Shown in pieces: positions 30,312 through 41,916 of a DNA stretch of 64,000 bases (positions are counted from its first letter, which is position 1; each line of letters begins with the position of its first letter). The notes beneath the pieces are model-generated. The model was not told the DNA's origin and made no database searches. It was given only the letters and a program-made list of their open reading frames with translations. The position numbers and the translations under genes were made by a program. The DNA comes from Giardia intestinalis (taxonomy: Eukaryota), in NCBI GenBank assembly GCA_000002435.2, contig CM018790.1; one strand, given 5' to 3'.

Positions 30312-31166
30312 ATGCACAAGCGCTTCTATGAATACCAAAAAATGGTGATCCTGCAATCAGCCAAGATAGGAGAGCTGACCCCGCTGATGGAGGCGGTTAT
30401 AAATCCAACTGTTCAGCTGACAGATGACTTGATAGCCACATATGCTGGCATGGCAATGGACGGAATCCATAGGTACGGTAGGTGGAATATCTTTAACCCC
30501 ACAGCTTTGATGTTAGCCGCAGCCTACAACAATGTGGATGGTGTCAGGAAGCTTATCGATACTACGGAAGTCCGTATGCAAAACGCTCACGGATGGACGG
30601 CGCTGATGTACGCATCCGTGAATGGTCACACGGAGTGTGTAAAGCTTCTTAGAGATGTCGAGGCAGGCCTTCAGTGCTTAGATGGTATGACTGCCCTAAT
30701 AGAGGCGGCGCAGCACGGCAAGACAGAGGTGGTACAGCTTCTGCTTGAGAAGGAGGGGGGTCTCTCCACGAATGAGTGCTTTGAGCACGGGAGCGGCTTC
30801 ACGGCCCTCATGGCTGCGTGTCGCTCAAATCATTATGATGCAGCAAAGCTGTTATATGACTGCGAAAAAGGGATGACCCAAGCAGACGGCTGGACTGCTC
30901 TAATGTGGGCAGCAAGCGAGGGGCAGTATAGGTGCGTACGCCTCATGATGCCTGCAGAGGCTGGCATGGTCATCAACGAAAGCTCAGAGGAATTCCGTGG
31001 GTGGACCGCGATGACCTGGGCTGTGAGCAATGGAAATATTGACTGTGCTGAGCTCCTGGCTAAAGACGAGTTAGATAAATCAAGGAACGACATCCTTCGT
31101 ATCATCCAAACTTCGGATGATCTGAGTCCCGACCAGATCCGGCAGTGCAAGGATCTGCTGATGTAG
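30312..31166 (+). CDS. Ankyrin-repeat protein (protein 21.1 family)
   Basis: At least six ankyrin units, e.g. GWTALMYASVNGHTECVKLL, GMTALIEAAQHGKTEVVQLLL, GWTALMWAASEGQYRCVRLMM. Confidence 0.8.
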   Translation: MHKRFYEYQKMVILQSAKIGELTPLMEAVINPTVQLTDDLIATYAGMAMDGIHRYGRWNIFNPTALMLAAAYNNVDGVRKLIDTTEVRMQNAHGWTALMYASVNGHTECVKLLRDVEAGLQCLDGMTALIEAAQHGKTEVVQLLLEKEGGLSTNECFEHGSGFTALMAACRSNHYDAAKLLYDCEKGMTQADGWTALMWAASEGQYRCVRLMMPAEAGMVINESSEEFRGWTAMTWAVSNGNIDCAELLAKDELDKSRNDILRIIQTSDDLSPDQIRQCKDLLM

Positions 31167-31242
31167 GTGTAGATGTTTCCTGTAAATAGAAGGGAAGAAC
31201 GTTTCTCTTTACTGTTATGAGAAGACTGCTGGTGGATTATCT

Positions 31243-34200
31243 CTAGTTCTCCTGATCTTGCCACAGCCTTGTCCACTGCTCATAACGACGCTGGGCAAGC
31301 TGGCCATTCTCGTAAATAAGGAGAGGCTTGACTGAGTATTCATCCAAGTCCGGAAATCCATTGGTCATCCGTTCGAATGTATCTTCGGTGATAATTACTG
31401 GTTGCTCTATGTTAATCTTGGCACCACACATGAGACAAACACACTGACCATTCTTTATCTCCTCCTCCTTATAAACATCATAGAATCCCAGTTTTGAGCA
31501 TGTCCACAAACAAGTGGGACATTCGCAATAGTCTGCAAGCGTGATCTGGGCTCCTGTTGCGCTATCCAATGGTAGAACGGCCATACAATTTTCACAACTG
31601 AGTGACCCTAAGAGTACGTTTTCTCCACAGGAGCAGCATGAGCGATATTCAGCGTCAACAGGCTCCCCTTTCTTGTGCTTACGCACCACTTGCTCTACAG
31701 GTTTCTTATACTTCTCAGGTATCTTGTCTCCGTACTCTTTAAGCAAGATGCACGCACATTCATATGCTTCATTTGCATAGCGTGGACCTGCACGACTACA
31801 TTCCACGGTAGCCGGAAGAAGCACATTGACAGCAGCGTCTCCAAACCTACTTGCAAGCCTACTTGTACGATACAGACACATAGCAGCTTGCGCATGAAGG
31901 CCTGCCTTTGAGAAAACCTTGCCTGCTTCAAGCCCGTGCAGAAGAATAAGCAAGTCCCGAAATTTTGTGGGCATATGCTTGGCCTGCATTCTGAGCTTAC
32001 AAGCACACTGGATCAAGACAGATTTCGCTTTTGAGTATCTGCCCGCCTCTATTTCGCGGTCTGCAAGTAAATATGCGGTTCTAGCTGCGTCTCCATACTT
32101 CTCCATAGCCATGTAAAACTTGAACACATATAGCGGGGGGCGCTTACAGCCATCCAATTCTCCGTTAAGATATTTGAGAATCAGCTCAATAATGGAAACA
32201 GATTGCTTACATGATTTAAGCAGATCGAGAGCTTTGTCTATATCTGTCGATCCATCGCCGTAGTGAAGCAAGAGCTTGATAGCCGCCTCATGCTCCCCAA
32301 GCAATTCCAGGAAGTGCGCCGCAGCCCTAATGTTTCTAGGAACTTGTAGTGGCTGGGAGGAGGTTTCTGGAGTTTCGTCAAGCGGGCTAATATCCGGGTT
32401 ACTGCGTGTGACGGGTGCCGAAAAGTAACGCACCGCCTTTTTCAGAAACTCCTGGGGAGCACGCTCGTTAACAAGGCGAATTAGAATGTCTTCATTACTG
32501 GTCTGAATTGCAAGGTCAAATGCCTCATCGAATGCTCCACTCAGCACTCCGAAAAATATAGCCTTCTTTATGTTACCAGCTGTCCGGTGATAGAGGGAAA
32601 GGCTTGCTGAGGATCCTTTGAGCTCTGCCTCCAACTCATACACCGCCAAAGTAGTACGCTCCCCAGCGTGCGCCTTTTCGAGGAGAAGCTTTGTCTCTTT
32701 AACGGCTGACTCTGCTTCGGAGATCTTTCCTAGTGCAATCAGACAATCCACAATTTCACGACTCTGACCAGCGCGCTTGAAAAGAACCAGAGCCTTATCC
32801 GGATCGTCTTTCATGTAAACTCTCGCCAAGTCTGCGACAATATTCATATCGGTAACATTGTCTATAAGCCGCTCTGCCTCACCGTACTGCCGTGACTTGA
32901 TATAGCAGCCGACTGCTCGAGATAAAAGCAGCGGTGGGTCTATTTCTTTCAGATCCTTTTCTTGCACGATGTCCTGTATGCTAGTGGGGAGAAGCTCTGA
33001 GAGAAGCTTCTTAGTTGCTTCTACGTTAAGCACCGCATCTATCTCTTTAACTATGGAGATATCAATACCTGAGCTATCACCAGAGGCTGTCTGTGAAAGC
33101 GCAGAGTTTGCTATCGTTGTTAGGAGAGATGGAATGAGAGCAAAGAGAAGGAGAGGCTTGGTCCCCCCAGTACCTTGGATACCAGATCCACCGCCCCTAT
33201 TCCCGCCAACACGAATCATGTTAGTGTCTGTAGAATTATATATGTATGCATAGATGTTTAGCTCGCCACTAAGAAGGCCTGCTATCTCCTTTCTGAGCCT
33301 TGAGTAACACGCCTCTGCTAAGTTAGAGGAGGCTTCCAAAAAGAGAGCAGCTTCCGCAAAGCGCTTCTGCAGACATAGAATGTTTCCGCATTCCATGCAA
33401 AGGCGAGACCGCTGAAGGATATTCAAAGGGTCCTTGACCCTAGGAACAAACCGATTCGTCGCTTCTTTGCGAGGAGGAAGAGCCATTTCCTTCAGGTCTG
33501 AAAGCTTCCCTAACTGCGCGTAACAGCGTGACATGAGGCCTATCAGAAAGGGAATTAGTTTGGGCGGAATGCTGCTCCACATGAAGCGTGCTTCGCCTGA
33601 CTCCTGTCCTTGCTTGCTGTCATCCTTTAGCAAGTTCATGCAGACGTCAAGGCACTCTGGATATTGAAGCCTGTTCTCCAATTCTCCCGCCCACTGTATC
33701 AAGATCTCGCTTCTGACAGCTGTGGACCCTATCCTCGTTGCTAGCATGCTCGCAGTATTCCAATCTAAGCTATCCATACGGAAGGAGAGGGCCACGTTTG
33801 GCTTTCGGGACTTAAGGAGAAACCGCTCCGCTGCACTAAGATAGACGTCTGCCTTGCTCTGTCCCATGGCAAATGCCACGTTGCTACTATTATCTCCAGA
33901 TGCTGGAAGATCAGGGCATGCCATCAGCAGGGAAAGAGCCATAGCTGTGTTATTGTCATATTCGTTGATGCAGATTCTGGATAGAAAAAGGGATAACGCA
34001 GCTGGGTCGTTGCTGTGTGTTGTATTCATTGTGGACAGATTGCGAAGCAGGTCATTAACACCCTGTGCACCCCTAGAATCTAGGAACGTCGTATCCTGAT
34101 AAGTCCCAAGGCTATGCATAACGTGCTCTTCAGTTGTCCCATACAAAGAGAGCTCTCTGTAAGCAGTAAGCGCAGTGCTAAAGTCTGTAATACGAACTGC

Positions 34201-37080
34201 CGAATCAGCTACGTACTTCATCACATCTGTGTTGCCAGAAACGGACGCAAGGATAAATGCTAGCTTCGTGTGGCCGATAGTTCCTAACTCCACTGCTGCT
34301 TTTTCGTATTCTTGCAACAGCCCTGCCGCTTTGAGCGATCGATACTTAGGGAAAAGACCAGATATTTTGAACGGAACGGAATTGAACTCCTGACCAGTGT
34401 ATTGAAGCAAGCTATCCTGCAGAGGTGCCAGGTAGCTATAATAAGACATAAATAAGTCATCTTTTTGTGAAGTGTTGTCCTCGATATCATCACCCTTCAG
34501 CAGGAGAGGACGTGGGGCTCCAAATGATGCCGAATTGTCGTAGAACGCTAGGCATGTTGCAAAGCTTTGAAGCCCACTAATATAGTCGCGCTGGCGAAGT
34601 TCTGCTCCGTCCAAAACAAATCCCATGCCCCCTGCAACTATCGTTGGTAACGTTGTACTGGAAGATGTAGCAACAGAGGCTTTTACAGCTAATATCCCAT
34701 AGCCTTCTTGCTCTGGTAGCGAATGGTGAAGCACGCAAACATAGGAATTAGCTGGCAGACAGTCGCTTCCAATCTTTGTACAAGTCGTTATAACGAACGT
34801 ATTTGCCAACAATGAGTCAAAGGTAATATCATAAATACACTCAGGCTCCTCTTTGAAAAGCAGTGAGACAGATTCAAAACTATCGTTCGAAGCTTCTTCA
34901 GATAGAATGCGTGAGTATCGCGCATCGTTTATCAAAATTCCTTCAGCAGGAAGATAAAAACACGGCCGAATTTTTGCACCAGTTCGATATATTGCGCAAA
35001 TTGTGCCACCAGGACTAAGCTTAATTGTTACGTTTGCATCCGTGCCTCTTCTTAAAACAACATTGTCTGTGAATTCATCTGGAAGCTGCTGGGCAGCAAC
35101 TTTAACAAAGTTTAGTTTCCCATCGTCTTCGTAAATGGAGTACACAACCAGCATCCCTCCGAAGGTAATGCCGTAAACAAAGGGAGAACAACAGGCGCAT
35201 ACTTGAAACTTGAGGCTCTCCACGTCAGAAAGTATTAGACTTGGACAGGAACCAACGATCACCTCCAACGTACCTTCCTGTGCAAGAGACACGATGCAAA
35301 TCGACCCTGTTTCCAGTGTCATAATGTCGAATCTGGTTGGCTTGGTTGTGGGTTCTGCCGTGTGCCAAGATAGTTCAGGATTGAGTTGTGCCGGGTCAGA
35401 GCCGATTAAAATAAGCTTTGAATACCTTATTTTGCTATTAGATAAATAGCCAATTGCCCCGTCAGAAACTGCAAATTGAGATGGTTCACCATTCAGGTCA
35501 ATAAGAGTCGAGAGCTTGTATGCCTTTGGAGGAGCCATGGGATTTGCCAACACAAAGCTGAGGGATGCCACACTAGGGCTGGCCAATGAGAGACAGAAGA
35601 CCACACCTTTTTTGTGATCAAACACGGAGGCCTCGCTAACAGATTGATCAAGGTAGCATACGTCTGGTGGGTTCAGTGGAACACTAACTTGCCAGAGTAC
35701 CACATTAGTTGTCAGCATTACAGTCACAACACCGTTGGAAAACGCAACGGCACAAAGACCTCTATTAAAAAGACTATGGGAAATATTAACAGGATAACCA
35801 GTTATGCCCGGAAATGTGGGGTTTTTGCCGAAAAGGAGGTAGGGGGTTTCCTGGGTAGGATTGTGGAGATTAACTACCGAGAAGCCTCGTTCCACCGGGA
35901 GAACAAGCTTGTCTCCCGTACCTAGGACGGAAAGAAATCCAATTCCGTGGCACGTGCTCACTCCCTTCATTATATATTCGGTGAGGCTGTTTATTCCATT
36001 TGCATTGTCCTGGAGCCCCACCTGATCGTTCATCTCTTCAATGTAACCATTGTACGTTCCAGTTGATCCTGAAACGGATAACTTAATAGCGTTTCGTTGC
36101 CACATGATGGCTCCAAACCTTGTCACGTGTGCATCTGTTGATAGATTAAATCCTACTTTAGATCTGTCTAGTGAAACGCGAAGTATCAACGCATTAGAAA
36201 ATAGTACAAAAATCGAGGGAGGAATAGAGGCAGTTCGTGGACAGTACACCATATCAATTAACGTGTCTGCCCCCACATCTGGTAGATTGAGAATCGCACA
36301 GCCATCTATGCCGTTGACTACCGCAGTGAATAAATTCTTGCTATCCAATGTCTCTGCAGACCACATCTCTGGCACGGTGGAGATAATGATGAGTTTGTAT
36401 CCGGGTTCATATGATACCTGCGAGTCTGAGTGACTTTTTTTCATGATAGAGGGATGGAAGAAGGCTGGGACTGCAACCGCATCTATGCACTCATTGGTAT
36501 CTATAAGAATTTCTATTGGAAGAAGCTTGCCCAGAAAGAGACAGCCAAGAGCCTTTTGCTTTAAGGTGGCCTGAGTGTTTCCATCACTGTCAGATACTAT
36601 CAGACTCTCTGCAGACAAGGAAATGATCCGGTGGGTAGAAATAGTATGACAAACGGAAACCAACCTGCGAACATGCTTGGTCATTTGGGGGACACGCTTG
36701 GTAGTGTGCGGGTCATACGTAAAAATATGCCCCTGGCCGGTACCAATTACCAGTTGTCGCTCTAGCGTATTCCATGATAAACACGTTGGATCTGTAACGT
36801 CTAGCATCAGCTTGATTAAGCTTTTCTGAGATGAGGACCATATTCTCACTAGCTGTGAGCCAGAGCATAGTACAGCGAAGTATGCTCCATTGGGTGACCA
36901 CATCACGTCCAGAATAGTGGAGTTTTCAGTCGGGATCTTGTCCACTAGAGCCCCATCCTTCGTATAAAAAGTAACTTGGGTCCGTGCGGCAACGGCCAGT
37001 ATGTCATCCCTTGGTGACCACGACAGCATCACTGGCCGATTACCATGTCTATCTCCTTTGATCTGAAATTTAAGATGCAT
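31243..37080 (-). CDS. IFT172: Intraflagellar transport protein 172-like: N-terminal WD40 beta-propellers, long TPR/alpha-solenoid, and a cysteine-rich C-terminal tail
   Basis: N-terminus MHLKFQIKGDRHGNRPVMLSWSPRDDILAVA...TCLSW resembles the IFT172 N-terminus (my recollection of the human sequence MHLKHLRTLLSPQDG..VTCMAWS...TCLQW). WD-like repeats fill roughly the first 600 aa and TPR-like helices follow. The C-terminal region has at least five Cys pairs (CSCGEN...CENC...CECPTC...CVCLMC). The ORF-track start at 37083 is GTG; ATG at 37080. Confidence 0.6.
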   Translation of the reverse strand: MHLKFQIKGDRHGNRPVMLSWSPRDDILAVAARTQVTFYTKDGALVDKIPTENSTILDVMWSPNGAYFAVLCSGSQLVRIWSSSQKSLIKLMLDVTDPTCLSWNTLERQLVIGTGQGHIFTYDPHTTKRVPQMTKHVRRLVSVCHTISTHRIISLSAESLIVSDSDGNTQATLKQKALGCLFLGKLLPIEILIDTNECIDAVAVPAFFHPSIMKKSHSDSQVSYEPGYKLIIISTVPEMWSAETLDSKNLFTAVVNGIDGCAILNLPDVGADTLIDMVYCPRTASIPPSIFVLFSNALILRVSLDRSKVGFNLSTDAHVTRFGAIMWQRNAIKLSVSGSTGTYNGYIEEMNDQVGLQDNANGINSLTEYIMKGVSTCHGIGFLSVLGTGDKLVLPVERGFSVVNLHNPTQETPYLLFGKNPTFPGITGYPVNISHSLFNRGLCAVAFSNGVVTVMLTTNVVLWQVSVPLNPPDVCYLDQSVSEASVFDHKKGVVFCLSLASPSVASLSFVLANPMAPPKAYKLSTLIDLNGEPSQFAVSDGAIGYLSNSKIRYSKLILIGSDPAQLNPELSWHTAEPTTKPTRFDIMTLETGSICIVSLAQEGTLEVIVGSCPSLILSDVESLKFQVCACCSPFVYGITFGGMLVVYSIYEDDGKLNFVKVAAQQLPDEFTDNVVLRRGTDANVTIKLSPGGTICAIYRTGAKIRPCFYLPAEGILINDARYSRILSEEASNDSFESVSLLFKEEPECIYDITFDSLLANTFVITTCTKIGSDCLPANSYVCVLHHSLPEQEGYGILAVKASVATSSSTTLPTIVAGGMGFVLDGAELRQRDYISGLQSFATCLAFYDNSASFGAPRPLLLKGDDIEDNTSQKDDLFMSYYSYLAPLQDSLLQYTGQEFNSVPFKISGLFPKYRSLKAAGLLQEYEKAAVELGTIGHTKLAFILASVSGNTDVMKYVADSAVRITDFSTALTAYRELSLYGTTEEHVMHSLGTYQDTTFLDSRGAQGVNDLLRNLSTMNTTHSNDPAALSLFLSRICINEYDNNTAMALSLLMACPDLPASGDNSSNVAFAMGQSKADVYLSAAERFLLKSRKPNVALSFRMDSLDWNTASMLATRIGSTAVRSEILIQWAGELENRLQYPECLDVCMNLLKDDSKQGQESGEARFMWSSIPPKLIPFLIGLMSRCYAQLGKLSDLKEMALPPRKEATNRFVPRVKDPLNILQRSRLCMECGNILCLQKRFAEAALFLEASSNLAEACYSRLRKEIAGLLSGELNIYAYIYNSTDTNMIRVGGNRGGGSGIQGTGGTKPLLLFALIPSLLTTIANSALSQTASGDSSGIDISIVKEIDAVLNVEATKKLLSELLPTSIQDIVQEKDLKEIDPPLLLSRAVGCYIKSRQYGEAERLIDNVTDMNIVADLARVYMKDDPDKALVLFKRAGQSREIVDCLIALGKISEAESAVKETKLLLEKAHAGERTTLAVYELEAELKGSSASLSLYHRTAGNIKKAIFFGVLSGAFDEAFDLAIQTSNEDILIRLVNERAPQEFLKKAVRYFSAPVTRSNPDISPLDETPETSSQPLQVPRNIRAAAHFLELLGEHEAAIKLLLHYGDGSTDIDKALDLLKSCKQSVSIIELILKYLNGELDGCKRPPLYVFKFYMAMEKYGDAARTAYLLADREIEAGRYSKAKSVLIQCACKLRMQAKHMPTKFRDLLILLHGLEAGKVFSKAGLHAQAAMCLYRTSRLASRFGDAAVNVLLPATVECSRAGPRYANEAYECACILLKEYGDKIPEKYKKPVEQVVRKHKKGEPVDAEYRSCCSCGENVLLGSLSCENCMAVLPLDSATGAQITLADYCECPTCLWTCSKLGFYDVYKEEEIKNGQCVCLMCGAKINIEQPVIITEDTFERMTNGFPDLDEYSVKPLLIYENGQLAQRRYEQWTRLWQDQEN

Positions 37081-37083
37081 CAC

Positions 37084-37326
37084 GAAGGGGCCAATTAATT
37101 TTTGGCCATTTACTCTGCTTCACCGAGGCTGGTTTGCCAGCTGCTATCCGAGCAAGTCTCACGCGAACTACCACTCCAAGCAAAGCCCAAGATCCAGAAT
37201 CTGAAAGTCGGATTCCATCCAGCTCTGGTGAGAAAAGAAGACTTTATTTTCATCTCCCTAGGAGCTGTTGCTATTCCTCCCAGCGCCTTCTAAGACTTCC
37301 TCTTCCTCCGACCAGTTATGGGCAGC
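37084..37326. repeat. Left flank of the inverted repeat, containing the motif gatccagaatctgaaa shared with 53781-53800 and 54886-54900
   Basis: Direct sequence comparison: gatccagaatctgaaagtcggattcc (37191) vs gagatccagaatccgaaatcagaagg (54886), and the reverse complement at 53781-53800. Confidence 0.5.
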
Positions 37327-40300
37327 CAGGACTCAGTTCGCCTCTGCCAGCCAAGCACCCCAAGTCCTATTTCTTGTCGAGGGATTCACATGGGTCACGT
37401 GTGGGTCCGTCTGGACAGGCGGGGCGAGTGATTAGTGCCATCACTGGCTTCAAGCTCTCCGTTGCTCTGGGAGCTCCTTGAGACCGGCCAGGAAGGAGGC
37501 CTCCTGCCCCTCAGTGCTCTTACACCCAATGTTGACCGTCGAGCATAGCGCTTCGCTAGGTCTGTCGCCTCTGTGACTACCCTGTCGCGTCACTGTCATC
37601 GGCATGGGCAGTGAGTGGAGTATCTCCTTCAGCTCCTGGTGAGCAGGTTCTGTACCACGCAGTATGGGGGCATGCGCAGGGCCCCGAGGGACCGAGTCCA
37701 GGAGTGCAGCGCGTCCCAGCCGGAGGAAGGCCTCGACGCAGCTCCTCGGGACGGGGCACACTTGCCTGGGAGAGGCCGTCTGCTGTTGGGGCTCTCGTTA
37801 TGTCGAGCGAGGCCGCCGTGCCCATCAGCTTGTGTCTCCCTGTGCCATGCGAACACCACCCATGTGCAATCGGTGGAACGCAGTCTGCTCTGTCTCGAGG
37901 AAGGCCAGTGTCTGGGTCTCCAGGGGGCTCGGGACTGCCTTGTGGAGCGCATCATGATCGTCCCCTGATCGTGGTTGTCCTGTCTCGTTCTTGGGAAGAG
38001 GGCAGAACAAAAGTTCTTCTCCCGTCGGAGTCGCTTGGCACTTGAGTTCGAACTTTGGGTTTTGATCTTGGCCAATGCAGGGATGAGGGAGACCTGCTTC
38101 CCCAGAGCGGCGGTGGCTTGCATGGGAAGATCACTCAGATAGCAGGTGACAGCCCCACCCCGGCTAAAAAACTTGAGGCAGCCGTCGCGCCCGCCGCCCC
38201 CAGGACAGAGATTCTGCGTGCATGGCCAGCTGCCCTTGTCAGTTCGGTCTACTGGTCCGGTAGTCTGAGGACCTTCTGCGCCGCTTCTGATGTATGATGC
38301 ATCGCAACTGCTTATAGGGGTAAGCAGCATGAAAAGGCAATTGCATGTGTGGACATTGTACTATGACCGTCTCAGAGGGCCGAAGTCTCCAACTACAGAG
38401 CGCTGCACCGAGCAACACGCCCCACTGCCCTGCGCCGGTGGCTGCCTCCACCACCGTCTTCGTTGCACTTGGGCTGTGCCTGCCCAGCAGACTGAGCAGA
38501 GATTACAGAAGCTTCTCTAATAATGCACACACGCCGCATAAGGTCTGATGATGGAATGGACACCACCTGTCTGAGCTGTCTGCTATTGACGAGAGACAGC
38601 CCTTGGTTGCACTAGAGTGCTTTTGTTTAAGCATAAGGTCTTCGCACCTACTCCCCCATCAGCTATAGCGATAGCTGTATATCCAGAAGGGTCCTGCAGA
38701 GCGTTCCACCGTCTTTCAAGGTAAGGCATGGGCTCCATACCTATAGCTAAAAACAGAAATCCGTGCACCAAGTGTCACGAGTCTAGTATACTGACCGACC
38801 TGAATCGCAGTGCACTTGTCAAGGACCTGTGCACACGTTTGGATGCTCACTGCTAGTGGTAGACGGGCTTGTAAGGAAAATTGCTTCTGGTCGCGCTTGC
38901 CTTATAGTGTTTGATCCTGGGTGGCATGCCTCAGCAAAGGAAGATGCTATTTATATGCATAGAAGGCTATCCATGCACAGTGATTCCTGGAAAGCCGGTT
39001 CGCACGGAGAGGGTAGAGGCCATCAGCAAACCAGTGAGATACACCTGACGCTAGAGAGGCCAGCTACCGGCTCAGATTGCAGTGGTGACACTTGTAGTGC
39101 CCCTCTGACTTCTAAGCATGGAAACGTCACGGGGTCTGTGGGCAAACCGGACGCTCTTTTTGATTTTATACGTTTGTAGCAACGTAGTATTTATTGGGGT
39201 CTGCTTCGTCTGGAGTCGAGGAGGCTCGCTTTCTCTCCACATACAGATTAAGATCGATTGTAGGGGTATACTGTGCAGATCAGTACCAGTCAGTGTGGTC
39301 TCTGTCCACAGGTACCTCACTTGCGTCTTCCCGTGGCAGACATTCACCAACAACACCTCCGGCCTGTGTGGTGTTCTACAGTGTACCTTCACCTTCGACC
39401 AAGGGGCTGGTACACACGTTACGTAATTTAGATTGCTCATCAGTCAGGGTGGTATGGTCCGCTCTTGTTCTCCACTTGCATATCTCGTATAACCTGCTGA
39501 TAGCCTTTCCAGATTAGTATGCAGATGCTTCTATCGGTCCTGTAAGGCATGCGTCATGTAGGTAACCATTACAGGCCAGAGTCCTGTCTGCTAAGGAAAA
39601 GAACCACCAGTTTACCATGTGGACATCCGTTGTGCTCTCCAGTATCTCCTCGCCAGCCGCCATCTAGTTCTCCCTGCCGTTTGGAGCCCGTATGTATATT
39701 GTTACTGACAAGCACTTGGTTTCAATGGGCCCCTGGGACGTTAAGCACTTTACCCTGTGCAGTGGGTATGTTCAATGTGGGAGATACACAATCAGCATTG
39801 ACTTTCTCACTCATTGTTTGTGTAATTATTGTTGCTTCTTAGTCTAATTAGCAACCCAGATCATGGCCTCCAGTGTAGTGGTATTCTACCAACAGACAGC
39901 TGGCAGTGACTGTGGCACGTACTTTCATCAAGACACAGCCACCTGAGCAGGGGTATGAAATGGGTCCTTGTTATTCTACGATTCTGCTAATTCCTCAGAT
40001 AGCAGGGATCAGAGCAGCTTATTGTTAGTATTGACTATCTCCGTGTCTCCATTTATCTTCGTCGCTTGAGATACGCTTGACTCCAAAGACTCGAAAAGGT
40101 GCTATACTGTGCTCAGATCTGCGAGTCTCAATTAAGTAAGGCTACCATCTCGGTGGCTGCGCTGAGGTAGCTACACACCTTGTGGGCTCTGCAAGGTGCA
40201 TTACAGCCCAATGGAACCCTTACCTATCGAATGCAGGCCGCAATGCAGCCTCGCTGGTGCACGATTTCTTAAGATGACTGATCAATCCGCAGAGTCCACC

Positions 40301-41916
40301 CTACTCATGTAGAGCCAGCGATAGATGACGATATCAACCCTGTAGATAATCTACACTGTACATCAGTGGTCCTATAGGTAAGTAAGGGTCAGCCATCCCG
40401 CAGTAATGAGCATTAGCGGTGTCTTTCCCAAGAATAAATGGGCGAGTTGTCAGCAGTCACAACATCCGCTTTCTCAATGAAGACCGCCCTGCCACTGAGG
40501 CCCAGGCCAGTCTCCTATAAGATCCTTGACAAGATTGTATCCAAGATGTATATCTATGGTGCTCCCCGACTCAAGGTGTATGCTGCTGAACCTCCCATTT
40601 CTCGTATCAGCTTATGAATATCGATGTCCCTGCCTCTAGCAGAATTGTATTAGAAATAATATGAGATATGGCGCCTTCAGTCGGGTTGTTCGGATTCCCA
40701 GCTGCACAACGGGGGCCCACTTTCGTATTGTGCATCAGAAAGACATGTCATGCCGTAATGATGCAACCTTTCGTATGGTATAATTCTTGCGTCAAGAGAT
40801 AGGGCACTTGTATCGATCGGCATATCTACCCATGGCCAGTTATAGCTTGGACCAAAGGTCACAAACGAACGCTATCTAACTCCCTTATCAACAGACGGGA
40901 GATCTGACCATCCTTCTGCCTCACACAAAGCCACAAAGGATTCTAGATCAGGATTTCGGCCAGTAGCTGGCAAGTCATTATACTCTCCTGGATTTCTGCT
41001 CCCTCTACTATAGGTATCCACATGTAGGAAGCTCTGAGGGCCTAAAGTCCTACACCAATAGGCTCAGGGTACTGCAAACCCAGGTGTTTTCACTAGTGGT
41101 GGTAGTGATGGTCTCAAGATGATCCAGAAGGGATGACAGGAGTCCTGGTCAATCAACTTAGAAGGTGGCACGGCTTGGTCAGTGATTCTCCTTGTCCAGA
41201 TGCGGGACTGCTTGTCTGCGCCTTCTAAGCTTCACATGGCATCCCGTCATGCGATAGGATATCTTAATAATATTCATTAAAAAAGGCCAGAAATGACACA
41301 CTGTACATCCAACAGACTGCTGCACCTTATTATCTAATCTTTGCCGGTTCACACCTTCCACAAACCCCAGTGGTTGCTGCGATCTTCTCTTAGGATCTCG
41401 TAGGGGTCTTTCATTAAGGGAGGCTCCCCTGTGACGACCAGAGGTCGCAGACATAATCCAAAGGGATGCGAATGCTACGGAGGCGGAGAGAAGGTCATCG
41501 GCGCACGGGGGTCCGCAGGGGCCCGACCCGTCCAGGGAAAGCACAGGGAGCTGGCTTATCAGAGACGCAAAGACGCCAGGAGAAAAGCCAGCAACGAACC
41601 CACGGCACAGTGGAGGCACTCGAGCCGTCCTTTGATTGGCCGCAGGGCAGAGAGGCGGCAAGCGTGTGGAGAGGTCTCACCACTTATTTTTGGATTTTCT
41701 GTTTCCCTGCGTGTTGTGCAGGGAGCATGGGGTTCAGACCCAGGGAGCTCGCGTGGGCTGTATGCAGTAGATGTGCTTAGTATTCGATGAGCTTCTATGC
41801 CCTAAGCAGAGGTATCGTAGAAGACGAATCTCTTTGGATTAATTAGCATAGTGTAGTCAGGTCTTTAGTCTTAAGTATCTTATTCTTACTTATACGACAA
41901 GCTGAGAAGGACCTCA

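Noticed and set aside
38500-41900. Scattered 60-160 aa ORFs in the 4.6 kb upstream of each VSP copy (e.g. 38829..39179, 41179..41661, 41431..41790)
   Set aside because: No consistent frame, no recognisable domains, and frequent stop-dense stretches (e.g. 39843-40676 has no ORF of 60 aa or more on either strand). I treat this as non-coding, possibly decayed, sequence. A retrotransposon remnant could not be demonstrated.
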